DNA of 64,000 bases. Source: Octopus vulgaris. Lineage: Eukaryota. The stretch is from NCBI GenBank assembly GCA_951406725.2, contig OX597815.1:682001-746000 (forward strand), read 5' to 3'. Below the pieces are notes generated by a model. It worked only from the letters and a program-made list of their open reading frames with translations, did no database searches and was not told where the DNA came from. Below, in pieces: positions 41,519-55,085 of this stretch (position 1 is its first letter; every line of letters starts with the position of its first letter). The translations under genes and the position numbers were made by a program.

Positions 41519-42178
41519 TTTGATACACACTACTTTCCATCCTTAATAATGAAACTTGGTAGATCCAAAAGTTAAACACATAGACACAGACACACGCACA
41601 GACACACAAGTTGAGTTTTATATATATAGATTTCTCAACGGGGATTTCAGGGGAGAGTTTCAGGGAGTCGCTGGCGATGTATCGCGATGATCAAAAATCC
41701 GGCCTGCTAAAATTTGGTTAAAGTGATTCAAACTGCAGACTCAACGCAAAATAGTCACATTTAATTCAAAGCGTTAAAAATGTTATGAAAACAATTGGTA
41801 TGTATTCACAAAGTCCAAACGATTAATACAAAAAAACCCTTCAGGCTACATCCCGAAAATTCATTTCTTTGCCGAATTTCTACAATGTTTACGGCGATTC
41901 GTTTTTATATCTTGATTTTTTTTATTTTTCATGCAATTTACGCATGCTTGCACGCGTGGTGAACACAGTCCACGTCAAACAGCTGACTGAGTAAAGTTCA
42001 CTATTCAATGCATGGGATAAGGCCTAAACAAACACATTATCGATTTTTGCACTTGCGAGATTCAATTTTCATTCGCCTAAACTTTAAGTGACCCATTTTT
42101 GGTGGTTCTACGATTTGTTGGCTAGGAGGAGATGTGCCGGGAAGTTAAACACACAGACACACAAGTTGAGTTTTATAT

Positions 42179-42240
<62 letters not shown>

Positions 42241-42431
42241 TTATAGTAGGGAGGGAGCTAAGAGTAATAAATAAGATATTGTGGAAATGCAAAAGCTACG
42301 ATTTTAGTTTGTTTATAAAGCTTTAGTGGTGAATTGCAAGTTGAAAGTGCAAGGAACAACTCATTTTGTATTATGATAGCCAAGAAAAAACTCAAGCTAT
42401 TGATTTTAAACGTCCTTTAATTTTAATTATA

Positions 42432-42549
42432 TTCCACTGATGATGTTCAAAAAGAAATTACAAGAAAATAATAATATACATATTTTTATTTTAGTTTTTT
42501 ATTATTTGTTTGTTATTGTCTTCTTTTTGACAGAAACAGCTGTCTGCAA
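42432..42549 (+). ncRNA. Type I hammerhead ribozyme, canonical core, long stem II
   Basis: TTCCA CTGATGA TGTtCAAAAAGAA...TTCTTTTTGACA GAA ACAGCTGT C TGCAA; GUC site; one mismatch in stem I. Confidence 0.85.
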
Positions 42550-43198
42550 GTTTTGAACAATGAATTAATAAATCCATATTTAACAACAGAATCTGATTCA
42601 GTTCACTTTATTTGATGTAATGCATTACTCATCGTTTAATGAATGATTTCTTATAATGATATTTTTGCTATAATCCATTTGTACGGATATACGAAATTTG
42701 TAAAAAAAGAAGAAAAAAACGTATGATAAAAGAAACTGGAAACCCAGGGAAAAATTCCCTCAGGAGATGAAGTAATTTTTTCATCTGAATAAATATTATA
42801 TATAGAGAGACATGCAGGAAGTAAATAGACACCTTTAATGTTCAAAATCTTTTATTTGATATTAATTGGTTGAAGGAGAGGTTTTCTTCTAGCTGCTCGT
42901 CCATAATAGCCAAGCTTATGCAGATAAGTACAAACACGCACATCTATGTATTCAGGTGGGTGAAGCGAATTCATTGGCATAGGTAAAACCTTGAACAAAA
43001 GCTGCATAGGAATATCTATCGTGGAAGAATACGCATCGCAAATGAATCATCTGAATGCACATGAACGTTGCATCAAAGTGTATTGGGACGCTTATCCAGC
43101 AGAAACACGTGTCGGGTTTGAATTTAAGAAGAATGATACTGTAATAGACAAACTTTGAAGATGTATAAATCTTCATTCTTTTTTTATGATATCTTGGT

Positions 43199-43229
<31 letters not shown>

Positions 43230-43346
43230 ATATATATGTATATATAATAAATATATATATATATATTATCAATAGTACACACACACACGCATACATACAT
43301 ATATGTTTTACATACGTGCATAAGCACACATAATATATATATATAT

Positions 43347-43467
<121 letters not shown>

Positions 43468-43844
43468 CACTTGCGTCAGAAATTAATTAGCACTTCTCAA
43501 ATTTCTACATTAAATAGGTTAAATCAATTAACCTATGAGCTGTTCAAAACGTCTTACGCGATGAGAAGACTTAGTATGGTGTGATTTCGGTCCTTGCGAG
43601 GCGCTACCTATATCTATTAAACAAAGGAAGATTTCTCTGCATCCGCACTCCAAGTTGTTGCACTGCTATGTCAACATCATAAGGGTGTAGACTCTCAAAC
43701 TGCTCTGCAAACAAAATTACGTCATCGTTCTGCGCAACAGTGAACTCGCAACAAAGCAATAGTTCGAGATATGGCCACTAGGTGACAGCACATACCTTGA
43801 GTGAAGAGCAAATCAAGGGTGCTAATTAATTTCTGACGGTATTG
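43468..43844. mobile_element. Tc1/mariner-type MITE
   Basis: TIRs CGTCAGAAATTAATTAGCAC / GTGCTAATTAATTTCTGACG; TA flanks. Confidence 0.8.
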
Positions 43845-43849
43845 TATGC

Positions 43850-44021
43850 TGTATACATACATATATACATACAAGCATACATACATGCATACATACATGC
43901 ATACATACATACATACATACATACATACATACATACATACATACATACATACATACATACATACATACATACATGCATACATACATGCATGCATACATAC
44001 ATACATACATACATACATACA

Positions 44022-44052
<31 letters not shown>
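43850..44052. repeat. (CATA)n microsatellite
   Basis: Direct reading. Confidence 0.95.
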
Positions 44053-44053
<1 letters not shown>

Positions 44054-44054
44054 A

Positions 44055-45570
44055 AGTGGAGTCTTGAGAATATTTAGTAACGATATTGGGATGACTTTTG
44101 AAATTAAGGAATCGGTAATGATAGAAATGAAGGCGTAGCAGATGGCGGGGACAACAATCAATTTTTGCTGGAATAGATTTATCTAATGATGAAAATATAG
44201 AATCAGTTAAACGTAGAACAAATATCTGGGAATATTGGAAAATGATAAAAGCAGACGTTATAGAATTGAAAGGAAAGCCCAGAAGGAGCAATGTTTTCGT
44301 AGACTGAATACAATTGCGAAATCCGAATTGAATGCATAAAACCATCATAGGAGCAATTAACTTGAGTTGGTATCACTAATAATGTATGGAGCAGGAATTA
44401 TTCAATGGAGAAGAATAATTTGAACGATGCTTCCAGGGCACAGAAACATGTGTACAATGAGTCAGATGTTAACTGGTTACATTGGAAAATTACAGGAGGA
44501 AGAAGGTTAATGGCTAGGAAAAGTAGAGAAGACAAGTCTGGGCCCTTGTGTAGAGAGAAAAGGAAAAGCACGTTCAGCAGGTAAGTGAGCGTCTGTTTAC
44601 GGATGGTGCAGAATCTAAGAAGAGAGAAAAACTTGGAAAAGAGGCAAACTTTGAACGAAAGAAGATTCGCACACGTGTTTTTCAAGATGGCGAAAGAGAT
44701 AAGCGATGACAAGGACAGCAAGTTGTCATCAAAGAAGGGAGTTTCTAAAAAAGGAAACTGAAAGGCTGATCTTGGTTGTGTGTGACGAGGCCGTAAGAAT
44801 AAATTGTATCAAAAGGGCAATACACCAAAAAGACTGCTCAGCCAAATGTTGAATAGAGAGAAGATTCGGACGAAACTTGAGCTCGCATTGTGTCATAATG
44901 TCTGCAGGCTGCAATGATTCTGGAAAAATGTTTTCAAGAAATTTGATTTTGTTAGCACAAAAAAGATTTATGTCTATTTTGTAAGCTATTAAAGACGATG
45001 AGGTTGGATTGTTGTGGGACTTTCTTGTAGAAACCGGAAGAAGAATAAAATCTTTTCTACTCTAGGCACAAGGCCCGAAATTTTGGGGGAGGGGCCAGTC
45101 TATTAGATCGATTCCAGTACGCAACTGGTACTTATTTAATCGACCCCGAAAGGATGAAAGGCAAAGTCGACCTCAGCGGAATTCGAACTCAGGACGTAAC
45201 GGCAGACGAAATACGGCTACGCATTTCGCCCGGCGTGCTAACGTTTCTGCCAGCTCACCGCTTTCGGAAGAAGAATAGAATGCAAGAAATCGGATGTTGT
45301 AGTCGTTGATAAGAAGGAACTGTATAGAGCAATCGGCATGACATGATTCTTTGAAGCAGAGGAAAAAGAAAGAAAAAAAATGTAAGACTAGAGTATGTTG
45401 CAGACTTGAAGTATGAATTGTTCAAGTGTCGGAACAGAAGAGTTCCCAAGGCGTTGGGAACAGCGACAAACATTTTGGGAACAAACCTTGAAATATTTGG
45501 TCATAATCGGGAATAGGTGCACCGTAGAGAATATGTCTTCTAGGCTTAAGAATTATTAGGAAAGAATTCA
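44055..45570 (+). pseudogene. Old R4/Dong-clade LINE 3' half (RT end to RLE endonuclease), interrupted by a SINE
   Basis: Manual translation remnants: IFSNDIGMTF, KYLGILE, KSELNA, ESDVNWL..GGRRL, KKETERLI, KSDVVVVDKK, ALGT; many lesions. Confidence 0.65.
45052..45263 (-). mobile_element. SINE family A with variant tail
   Basis: Same head and body as other copies, different 3' tail (CGGGCCTTGTGCCTAGAGTAGAAAAG). Confidence 0.85.
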
Positions 45571-45702
45571 TCGGAAAGAATTATTCAGAAAGCCTCAATA
45601 CAATATTAAAAGCAGACATCAAGGGCAGAAAAAAAAACTTATATCGAAGGTATCAAAATATTCCTCATCTTACATATATATATATATATATATATATATA
45701 CG

Positions 45703-45761
<59 letters not shown>

Positions 45762-46076
45762 GTATACATGTATATATATACACATATGTATATATACATG
45801 TATACATATATATATATGAGTATATAAATGAATATATATGCATGTATTCATGTATGTATCTACACACACACACACGCACACATCTTGGGCAAGTGTCTTC
45901 TACTATAGACTCGGGCCGACTAAAGCCTTGTGAGTGGATTTGGTAGATGGAAACTGAAAGAAACCCGTCGTATTCCCGAGCGTTATACTAATACATCTGT
46001 TTGTTTTCTACACCACCTCTCTTCGTCTTTTGTCTTTTTCGTAAATTCTCCCTATATATATATATATGTGTGTGTG

Positions 46077-46213
<137 letters not shown>

Positions 46214-46235
46214 TATACATACACATATATATATA

Positions 46236-47281
46236 CTAGCAGAGATACCCGGCGTTGCCCGGTTACATTCAATTGAAGAATTAGACTTTTCTGTTATATT
46301 TTCTGAATGAACTGGAATATCAATGTTTCAAATTTCATCAAAATTGCAGATGAGGGTTATTTCTCTCTTTACACACCCTAAAAAATTGTAATCGTGCCAC
46401 ATGGAAACCAAAAGACGAATGATCACAATAAGCAGTCAGTTAACCTACCCTAGTCATTACCACTCCCAATGTAGGATTCCTCACCATCCAGGTGACAGGC
46501 ACAGCTGTAAGATGCATTACGGATCTATAGCAATTGGAAGGGCGTGACCCAACTTAAATCAACATTAACAACTGTGTGACGTGAGGGCTAAGGAGAAATT
46601 AAAGTCTCACCTCTGGAGTTTGCAAATGACCACTATACTGATATCTAACTGGACAGAATGAATTTAAAATCTATAAATGTCTTTGAATAACCAATCACTC
46701 ATCTGGGAAGGCCTTGTAATCAATGTTACGATCTGGGGACTATGTGTGACCGAGTGATAATAAAAAGACTTAAAGGAGGTCTGCAATCATATAACTTTAA
46801 TCAACACTTTGCATCTGAATCAGTGGAGACAAAGATGCCTCTCATTTACTTAACAATTTATGCACCACATTGCAGAAATCACAATGTAAGTGTATGTCAA
46901 AGCAAGCTGTTACACTGTTGTACCATTGAATTAGAAATAATGCCCAACTTTTATGCTCGGGTAACCCTACAGCTTCCAAGAGCACAACTGTATTCGTTTT
47001 TGCTTAGATAAAATGACAAAATTGTGGGTGTTAAGTCCCCATGGAGGGGTCTTTCTAACTTTGTAAGAAGATGAAATTTTATAAATATCACTTCATTTGT
47101 GTCTAATATCTATGGTTAAAATTTCATCAACAGCAAAAATATATGAATTGTCATGGGGGTTATGGCCCTTATGCTTAGAATATAATTTCCAAATTTCATA
47201 AAGATCCATTCAGTACTTTTGACCTAGTTTTGGATCATAAAAGAAATGACTAAAATTTGGGAGTTAAGGCTCCCATTAGGG

Positions 47282-47290
<9 letters not shown>
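46236..47290 (-). mobile_element. Probable Helitron-derived element
   Basis: Minus-strand 3' end GGGCAACGCCGGGTATCTCTGCTAG|T; other boundary uncertain. Confidence 0.45.
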
Positions 47291-47350
<60 letters not shown>

Positions 47351-47352
<2 letters not shown>

Positions 47353-47540
47353 AAATATTGAGTTTCTAAATCTCTCGTAGAGAGGTGTACGGTGGTGGAG
47401 CGATATAATGGTTGTATACTGTCAATCTAACAAGAACGTGACAGTAGGGGGTACACCACCGTTATATAGCCCTAGGAGGCATCGAACGCCTCCTGACAGC
47501 TTCGAAACATTTTATCCTGTGTCCTTATATACACATATAT
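47351..47540. mobile_element. Partial second copy of the 6160-6709 element
   Basis: Aligns to 6163-6350 with the same junction to (TA)n. Confidence 0.85.
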
Positions 47541-47765
47541 TATATTAAATTAGAGATAAAACCACTATTAGGCAAATCAAACACTGAAAATCATAAGCCA
47601 ATACATAGAAATAAAATTAATTAAAAAATATAAAAAATATAAAATATAAAATATAAAAATCCAATTAAAATATTTAAATTAAATTAAAAATTTTTAAAAA
47701 TTATTTAAATTAATAAATTAAACTTATAAATTTTAAATATATATATATTTATTTATTATTATTTT

Positions 47766-47796
<31 letters not shown>

Positions 47797-47850
47797 ATTT
47801 TAAACTATCAAAAAATATTAAAAGTTTAATATAAGATAAAGAGTAAAAAC

Positions 47851-47948
47851 ACTACGATCGTTTCATGCCCGTAACCAATTCGAATAACAATAATAATAAT
47901 TTAAATTCAATTAATAATTCGAATTATAGTTACAGTCAATCTTCAGGT
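47851..47948 (-). ncRNA. Hammerhead motif, canonical core, in an extremely AT-rich PLE-like segment (47540-48880)
   Basis: Minus strand: AC CTGAAGA tTGACTGTAAC...GTTACGGGCAt GAA ACGATCGT A GT; palindromic stem III; stem I only 2 bp. Confidence 0.75.
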
Positions 47949-49215
47949 TAATTGTAATATTTTAATAAATAATCAGAAATATTTAAACAATATTTTTAAA
48001 GAAATAAATAATATAATAAATTTTCTTATAAAAAACTCAATTATCAAACTAGAAACTTAACGATTATGATTATGTCAAAACAAGGATTATAATGTTAAAT
48101 ATTAATTTTAATTTTTAAGTATTAATTTTTAAGGTAAGAAACCCACCAATAATCTAATATCAGTAATAGTCAATATCTAATTACATAAATATTTTACAAA
48201 AAAATGACTATTCATATTATTAAAATATAAAATTTAAATAATATATAAATTATCAATGAAAATATATAAATGTATATAAATATTATAATTAATATCTAAA
48301 ATAATCTCTATAAATAAATATATATGCACATATAATAAAGACCTAATAAATTAATCTTTCATATTTAAAGATGAAATAGCTAATTTCAAGAATACAAATA
48401 AACAATCTTAAACGAACGCTATAGCAAATTAACTATCTTTATATCTCGTTGGCTAAATAATAACTTTCAAAAATCTTATATTTAAAATACTTAAAGAAAT
48501 AATCAATTCGTAGTTATATAGTATCAAATAAATACTATAAATATATTTATCAATGGGAATAATATAACTAGCAAATAACAATTTAAAATGACAATATATA
48601 AGTTAAAATAATAATTATAAGAAATTAAAAACTACAATTAATGCTATTAATACATGTATATACATGAATCTAACTTAAAACAACTCGTATACTTGCTATC
48701 AAACAACATATCTATCGCTAAGTAAATTCTTACGAATAAAGTTATTATCTAATAATTATATAGAAAATTACGATAATTAGATAAACAACGATATTTACAT
48801 AAAAAAAACAATAATATTATACCATACGACTTATAAAATATTAAAATTTAAAATTTAAAGATCTTAAATATAAATAAATATATAGATAGATATAGATATA
48901 GATATAGATATAGATATAGATACACACACACACAAAGATAAATTGATAGATACAACTGAGTGGGCAAACAAAAATATGAGACACAGCCTAGATATGAGAC
49001 ACAGCCTAGTGCTTTTTTATGTTGATAAGCCTAGTACTTTTTCTATTAGTTTGTTCTTGTGAAACCAGTAAGTTTTGTGGATGTAAATAAATGAACAGCA
49101 GTTGTGAAGCAGTGATGAGGTAGAAACACAAAGACACACACATAGACTTACATATATACATGCATATATATACGATTGATTTGTTTCAGTTCCTGTCTAC
49201 GAAATCCATATATAT

Positions 49216-51797
49216 TGTTGTTGGCATCCTTTTTGTCTCGGGAGATATTGGAGTTGCGCATAAAATAATCTAGTCCGGCTTTTACATTTCATGTCCTAAT
49301 ACATTTCCTGCTGTGGCTGTGTTGTCCTATCCTGGACAAACACTCCCTCTGGCAGCGAAGATTTTGCCTGGCTGGTTGTAATGTCATACTTTCTTGTTGA
49401 CGTCTTTTCTTGTCTTTCCATTTCTCCTCTCCCTCTACGTCACTCCTTTGTGTTCCCTCTTTTACGGTACGTCGCCAATCTCCACGGTTGCTGGCAACTG
49501 CTTCCCAGTTGGTAATATTGATGTTGCAGGCATTCATGTCCCTTTTGCAAACATCCTTGTATCGTAAGAACGGTCTTCCCACAGACCTAGTGCTCCTAGC
49601 AAGCTCTCCGTTGAGTATGTCCTTGGGGATTCTGCCATCTTCCATACGGCTAACATGTCGAAGCCATCTCATACGTCTTTGTGTGAGGAGTGTAAACATG
49701 CTTGGTATTCCTGCTTGCTTGAGGACATCTTTGTTGGGGACATGATTCTGCCATTTGATACGAAGGATTTTCCGGAGGCAGCGAAGGTGAAAGATATTTA
49801 GGCGACGTATGGCGTGTGTATGGTGTCCAAGTCTCACTTCCATACAGTAGAGTGCTAAGTACACATGCCTGGTAAATCTTCATTTTTGTGGTCTTGGTCA
49901 GCTTATTGTTGTCCTATGCCCGTTTGTAGAGTTGGGCCATCACAGCAGCTGCCTTGCCAATGCGTATATTGAGCTCAGTATCAAGGGATATGTTGTAGGT
50001 GACGGTAGAGCCAAGATAGGTAAACTTCTCCACCTCCTGTAGTCTGTGGTCTCCAGTATGTATGTTTGGGATGGTCGATGTAGCCTGACCCATGATGTTG
50101 GTCTTCTTGAGGGTGATAAATAAGCCAAAGTTGCCACATGCTTGCTCAAAACAGTTGATGAGCCTTTGTAGGGCTTCTTCTGTGTGTGATACCAGAGCGG
50201 CATCATCAGCAAATAGCATCTCCTTGATCAGGACGCTTCTGATTTTGGTCTTGGCACGCAGACGCGAGAGATTGGAGAGATTGAACAGTTTCCCATCACT
50301 TCTACTGTCCAGAAACACTCCATCATCTGATGTCTCAAAGGCATGTGACAGCAGCAGCGAGAAGAAGATGCCAAATAATGTAGGAGCAAGGACACAACCT
50401 TGCTCTACCCCATTTTTTATTTGAAGGCGGCTGATGTTGAACCATTGTGCTGTATGGTGCCTTGCATATCATCATGGAAAGATCTGATGATCCTCAGCAG
50501 CTTTGGTGGACATCCGATTTTTTGGAGCAGGATGAAGAGGCCTTTTCTACTTACCGAGTCAAAGGCCTTTGTCAGATCAATGAAGGTCATATATAATGGC
50601 ATTTTCTGCCTTCTGGACTTCTCCTGAAGTTGGTGTATGGAGAATATCATGTCAATTGTTGATCTGCTTCTTCTAAAGCCACACTGCGATTCTGGATAAA
50701 TTCGAGAAGCAAGCAGTTGCAGCCTGGACAGGATAATGCGAGCAGAGGCCTTTCCAACAGGGCTTAGAAGAGATATTCCACGGTAATTGTTACAATCATC
50801 ACGGTCACCTTTGTTTTTGTAAAGCGTAATGATGTTAGCATCTTTCATATCCTGAGGGACTGTACCCTCTTCCCAGCACTGACACAGAAGCTCATGAATG
50901 TGCAGGATGGTGTTTTTGCCGGTTTTGATGATCTCTAAGGGGAAGCCGTCTTTTCCCGGAGCCTTGTTACTTGCTAGGGAGTCAATAGCCTTGGTGGGCT
51001 CTGCTATAGATGGCAGACTGTCAAGTTCACACATGACTGGCAAGATCTTGACACCCTCGATTGCAGCCTCAGCTACCGTGGTCTCTCGTGAGTAGAGATC
51101 CTAGTAGTACTCCATCCATCTATCCATTTGCTTGCTTTGGTCCTTGATGAGATCCCCAGTAGTTGATTTCAGAGGGGCTGACTTGGTTGCGGATGGACCG
51201 AGGGCCTTCTTCAAACCAGCATACATCCCACGGGTGTCGCCCCTGTCAGCAGCTGACTGGATACTCTGACAGATTTCCTGCCAATACCTATTTACACAGC
51301 GTCTGGCAGTCAGTTGGGCTTTATTTCTTGCCTTTCTGAGTTCTTCGAGTGACTTTATAGAAGAACAAAGCTTCCCTGATATAATTCCACCTACTTTCAG
51401 CAGTGGTGGTTGGGCAGCTACTGAGGGCAACTTTGATAGAAACAGCAAAACATTGTCGCAGTGTAGGGTCGGAGGTTCTGGCAGTGTTAATGCGTGGTCG
51501 GCCCATTTTCTTGGAGTGATGGACTTTTTAGGCAGAATCCTCACCCTGCTTCTTATTAGTGAATGATCTGTGTCACAATCCGCGCTGTGGTAACTACGAG
51601 TCAGTTGAACAGAATTCAGAAAGGGTCTTCGTGTAATGATGAGATTCAGCTGATGCCAATGGTGAGATCTTGGATGTCTCCAAGATGCCTTGTGGGATGT
51701 CTTGCTGCCAAAGAATGTGTTAATGATGCACAGGTTTATGGTATGTGCAAAATTCAAGTAGTCTCTGGACATTGTCATTCATGTTGCCAATACCAAA
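49216..51797 (-). pseudogene. 5'-truncated RTE (BovB-like) LINE
   Basis: APE end (SWRHPRSHHWHQLNLII..SADCDTDHSL), RT (NYRGISLLS, ESQCGFR, FIDLTKAFDSV, LFADDAAL, FTYLGS), C-terminal GRIPKDIL, tail GGATGCCAACAACA; frameshifts. Confidence 0.92.
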
Positions 51798-51865
51798 ACA
51801 CATACACTTACATATATACATACATATATATACGATCGATTTGTTTCAGTTCCTGTCTACGAAAT

Positions 51866-51909
<44 letters not shown>

Positions 51910-51954
51910 AAACAAGTAAAAAATAGAAAATGCTAAAATAATTTTATAGTGAAC

Positions 51955-52000
51955 ATTTCAGTACCGGTTTCGGTCATTTTGAGACCTTTTCAACTGTAAC
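51955..52000 (-). ncRNA. Minimal hammerhead ribozyme, U3:A8 core (left arm)
   Basis: Mirror copy of 52233-52278. Confidence 0.8.
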
Positions 52001-52232
52001 GATTAAATAATTAAATTTAGAAAAATTAGAAGAAAAGTTTTTTTAAAAGAATATTTCTATAGTAGTGTTCAGATTTAAGTGGCATTCTGCCTTTCTCTGA
52101 CTCCCTTGTTTGCACTGGTGCAAACAAGGGAGTCAGAGAAAGGCAGAATGCCACTTAAATCTGAACACTACTATAGAAATATTCTTTTAAAAAAACTTTT
52201 CTTCTAATTTTTCTAAATTTAATTATTTAATC

Positions 52233-52278
52233 GTTACAGTTGAAAAGGTCTCAAAATGACCGAAACCGGTACTGAAAT
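52233..52278 (+). ncRNA. Minimal hammerhead ribozyme, U3:A8 core (right arm)
   Basis: gttaCAG TTGAAAA GGTC tcaaaat GACC GAA ACCGGT A CTGaaat. Confidence 0.8.
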
Positions 52279-52361
52279 GTTCACTATAAAATTATTTTAG
52301 CATTTTCTATTTTTTACTTGTTTTTTCATATATATCAACTCGTGTGTTCCTTTTCACCCTT

Positions 52362-52396
<35 letters not shown>

Positions 52397-52889
52397 TACA
52401 CACACATACATACATATATATTTGGAATTTACAAAAGAAACGAAAAAAGACGAAGACGGGTGTGTAAACAGCAAACAGGTTTATTAGTTTAACGCTCCGG
52501 ACTTAGGAAAATTTATATAGGGAGTACAACTAATTTTAAAATTAGATATTGGAGACACAAGATTTCGTTTATTCACCCCTATATAAAAAAAATTACAGAC
52601 ATATTAGTATGTTGTAAGCATAAATATTTAGCGTCTTATAATTTTCTTAAACTTTAAAATACAATTTTTTAGAATATAAAAGCTTTTTGAAAACACGGTC
52701 CAATTAGATCATTAGATCCAATGAACACTTATGCACAAACCTGTAATCTTAAATTATTTTTTTATAGTAGAGAGTGGAATATTTCCATTGGCTATTATTT
52801 GCATGATTAACTAAAGTTAACCTTTCAATGAATTTCATTTCTTATTTAACCGTGGTAATCCTCTTGAAAATCTGTCACTTATTCATCTC

Positions 52890-53302
52890 TTTTACTCTCT
52901 CTTTTACTCTTTTACTTGTTTCAGTCTATTGACTGCGGCCATGCTGGAGCACCACCTTTAGTCGAGCAACTCGACCCCGGGACTTATTCTTTGTAAGCCC
53001 AGTACTTATTCTATCGGTCTCTTTTGCCGAACCGCTAAGTGACGGCGACGTAAACACACAAGCATCGGTTGTCAAGCAATGCTGGGGGGACAAACACAGA
53101 CACACAAACATACACACACATATATATATACATATATACGACGGGCTTCTTTCAGTTTCCGTCTACCAAATCCACTCACAAGGCTTTGGTCGGCCCAAGG
53201 CTATAGTAGAAGACACTTGCCCAAGATGCCACGCAGTGGGACTGAACCCGGAACCATGTGGTTGGTAAGCTAGCTACTTACCACACAGCCACTCCTGCGC
53301 CT
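52890..53302 (-). mobile_element. SINE family B, complete compact copy
   Basis: AGGCGCAGGAGTGGCTGTGTGGTAAG head, GGTTCAGTCCC B-box-like motif, short internal TA/TG tract, (GTAAAAGA)n tail. Confidence 0.9.
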
Positions 53303-53421
53303 ACACTACTCTGGAAGTGTTTGTGTCGGTTGTTTTGTGTTGCGGTTGTGAGTTGGATTTTGTTGATTTTGTTGTTGGAAACTTTTTGCGGCGTGTTGGA
53401 TTGTTGGAGTTTTTGTTGGGT

Positions 53422-54703
53422 ATGCAAACCCAAACTTACGCGGGAGCGGCAGGCGGGGGCCTGGCTGCGAGGGAGCTGCAGTTGGAGGAAGTGGTTGTCG
53501 AGAGGGAGAGAGTTTGAGGAGGTGCTGCGACGGCTTCGGGAAGGAGGGTGATTGTCTGAGGGTTGCACCACCTGAGGACGAGGTGAGGGAGGCTGAGAGG
53601 AGAGTTATAACATGCAGAGCGTAGAGTGTGGTTTCGAGGAGAGTGGAGGTGGTGGAGGTTGAGAGGTGTCTACGGGAGGTTGAGGGAGGAACTACCTTCT
53701 GCAATGGAGGTAGAAGGTGCGCGACGGTGGACGTTCGTTTTGAGAGCGAGGACGAGGCGGGGAAGAGCGCCACGACGGTGTTGAAGTCCGAAAGGTGGGT
53801 TCTGCTTCCTAGTTATTGTGGAGGGGGAGCAGTGAGAATGCGGATTGGTGGAGTCCCACCTGAACTTGACACGGAAGGAGTGGTTGCGGCGGTGATATAC
53901 AACTGCAAAGAGAGCGTCGACATACTGAAGGTAGAAAAGTCGAAAGAAATAAATTGGTGGGGTTATGCGGTGCAGGCTTTGGTTCACATAATCATGCCAG
54001 ATCTGTATAAAATCCCAGATGAGTTGGTGTTCCCCGACGAGACACGACTGAGAGTCGTGGTGGAGGGGAGACCTCCGGTGTGTTACAAATGTAAGAGTAG
54101 AGGGCACATGAAGGATGTGTGTCCCCTAAGAGAAGTGCAAGAGAAGACGATAACACTGGAGGAAGGAATGGAGGCTTTGACAGAGGAGTTAGAAAAGGAG
54201 AACGTGGAATTGCAAGCGGAAGAGGAAATCGTGACAACAGATAATGTGGAAAGTGGTAACGAGTTGGTGAAGGAGAAAGAAAAGGAAAGAACAGAAGAAA
54301 AAGAGGATAGAAAGCGAACGCGGGTGGAATCACCACCCAAAGACCAAAAAGAGAAAAAAGCTAAAAAGAAGTCTGCCGACGAGATAGAGGATCGAACTGC
54401 CGACGAGATAGAGGATCGATACAGCAACGAAAGTGAGTGAAGATTCAACGTGGGATGAAGAGAAAGAATGGTCAAGAAAAATGGAAGAACGTCTGAAAAG
54501 AAGGACGAAGACCAAAAGGAAAAAATCTCAAAGCTATAATGTTGTACAAAAAGGATAAAGAAATTGAAAAAAAATTAGCGATAATGAAAATTCTAACGAG
54601 AGTAAAACTGAACCCGAAGATATACGATAACCAAATAAAGGCTGCACTTGTAGATAGAGAGACGGTAAAAACATTGCATACATATTACATGGTCTTAAAC
54701 TAA
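53422..54703 (+). pseudogene. LINE ORF1/gag-like gene (L1/Tx1 type), disrupted
   Basis: MQTQTYAGAAG start, RMRIGGVPPEL RRM-like segment, RVVVEGRPPVCYKCKSRGHMKDVCP CCHC knuckle, E/K-rich tail; open frame 53628..54440, lesions upstream. Confidence 0.75.
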
Positions 54704-54731
54704 TTTTGCCGGTAAATTTGAAACGTTTATA

Positions 54732-54898
54732 TTACGTTCTGAGTTCAAATTCCGCCGAGGTCGACTTTGCCTTTCATCCTTTCGGGGTCGATAAATTAAG
54801 TACCAGTTACGCACTGGGGTCGATTTAATCGACTTAATCCGTTTGTCTGTCCTTGTTTGTCCCCTCTATGTTTAGCCCCTTGTGGGCAGTAAAGACAT
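54732..54898 (+). mobile_element. SINE family A, 5'-truncated
   Basis: B box, body and tail present. Confidence 0.85.
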
Positions 54899-55085
54899 AT
54901 ATATTAATTTAGCATTAGAATTCTTCAAGTTGTATAAAAATTGTTTGCATCTTTCGAAAGAGAAATAAATTTTGCATAAGGTGTAAAAGATATAAATAAT
55001 TTGTATGGTGTTAGTAACAAAATATTTTGTAAGAAATAGAACTTTTATCGTCGGTCTTAAATATATTTTCGCCGGTGTATATATC

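Larger units (their letters stand above)
51906..52362. mobile_element. Fold-back Penelope-like element: 210-bp inverted arms plus tail
   Basis: 51906-52115 reads as the reverse complement of 52118-52327 around a 2-nt spacer; short tail 52336-52362; (TA)n flanks. Confidence 0.85.
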
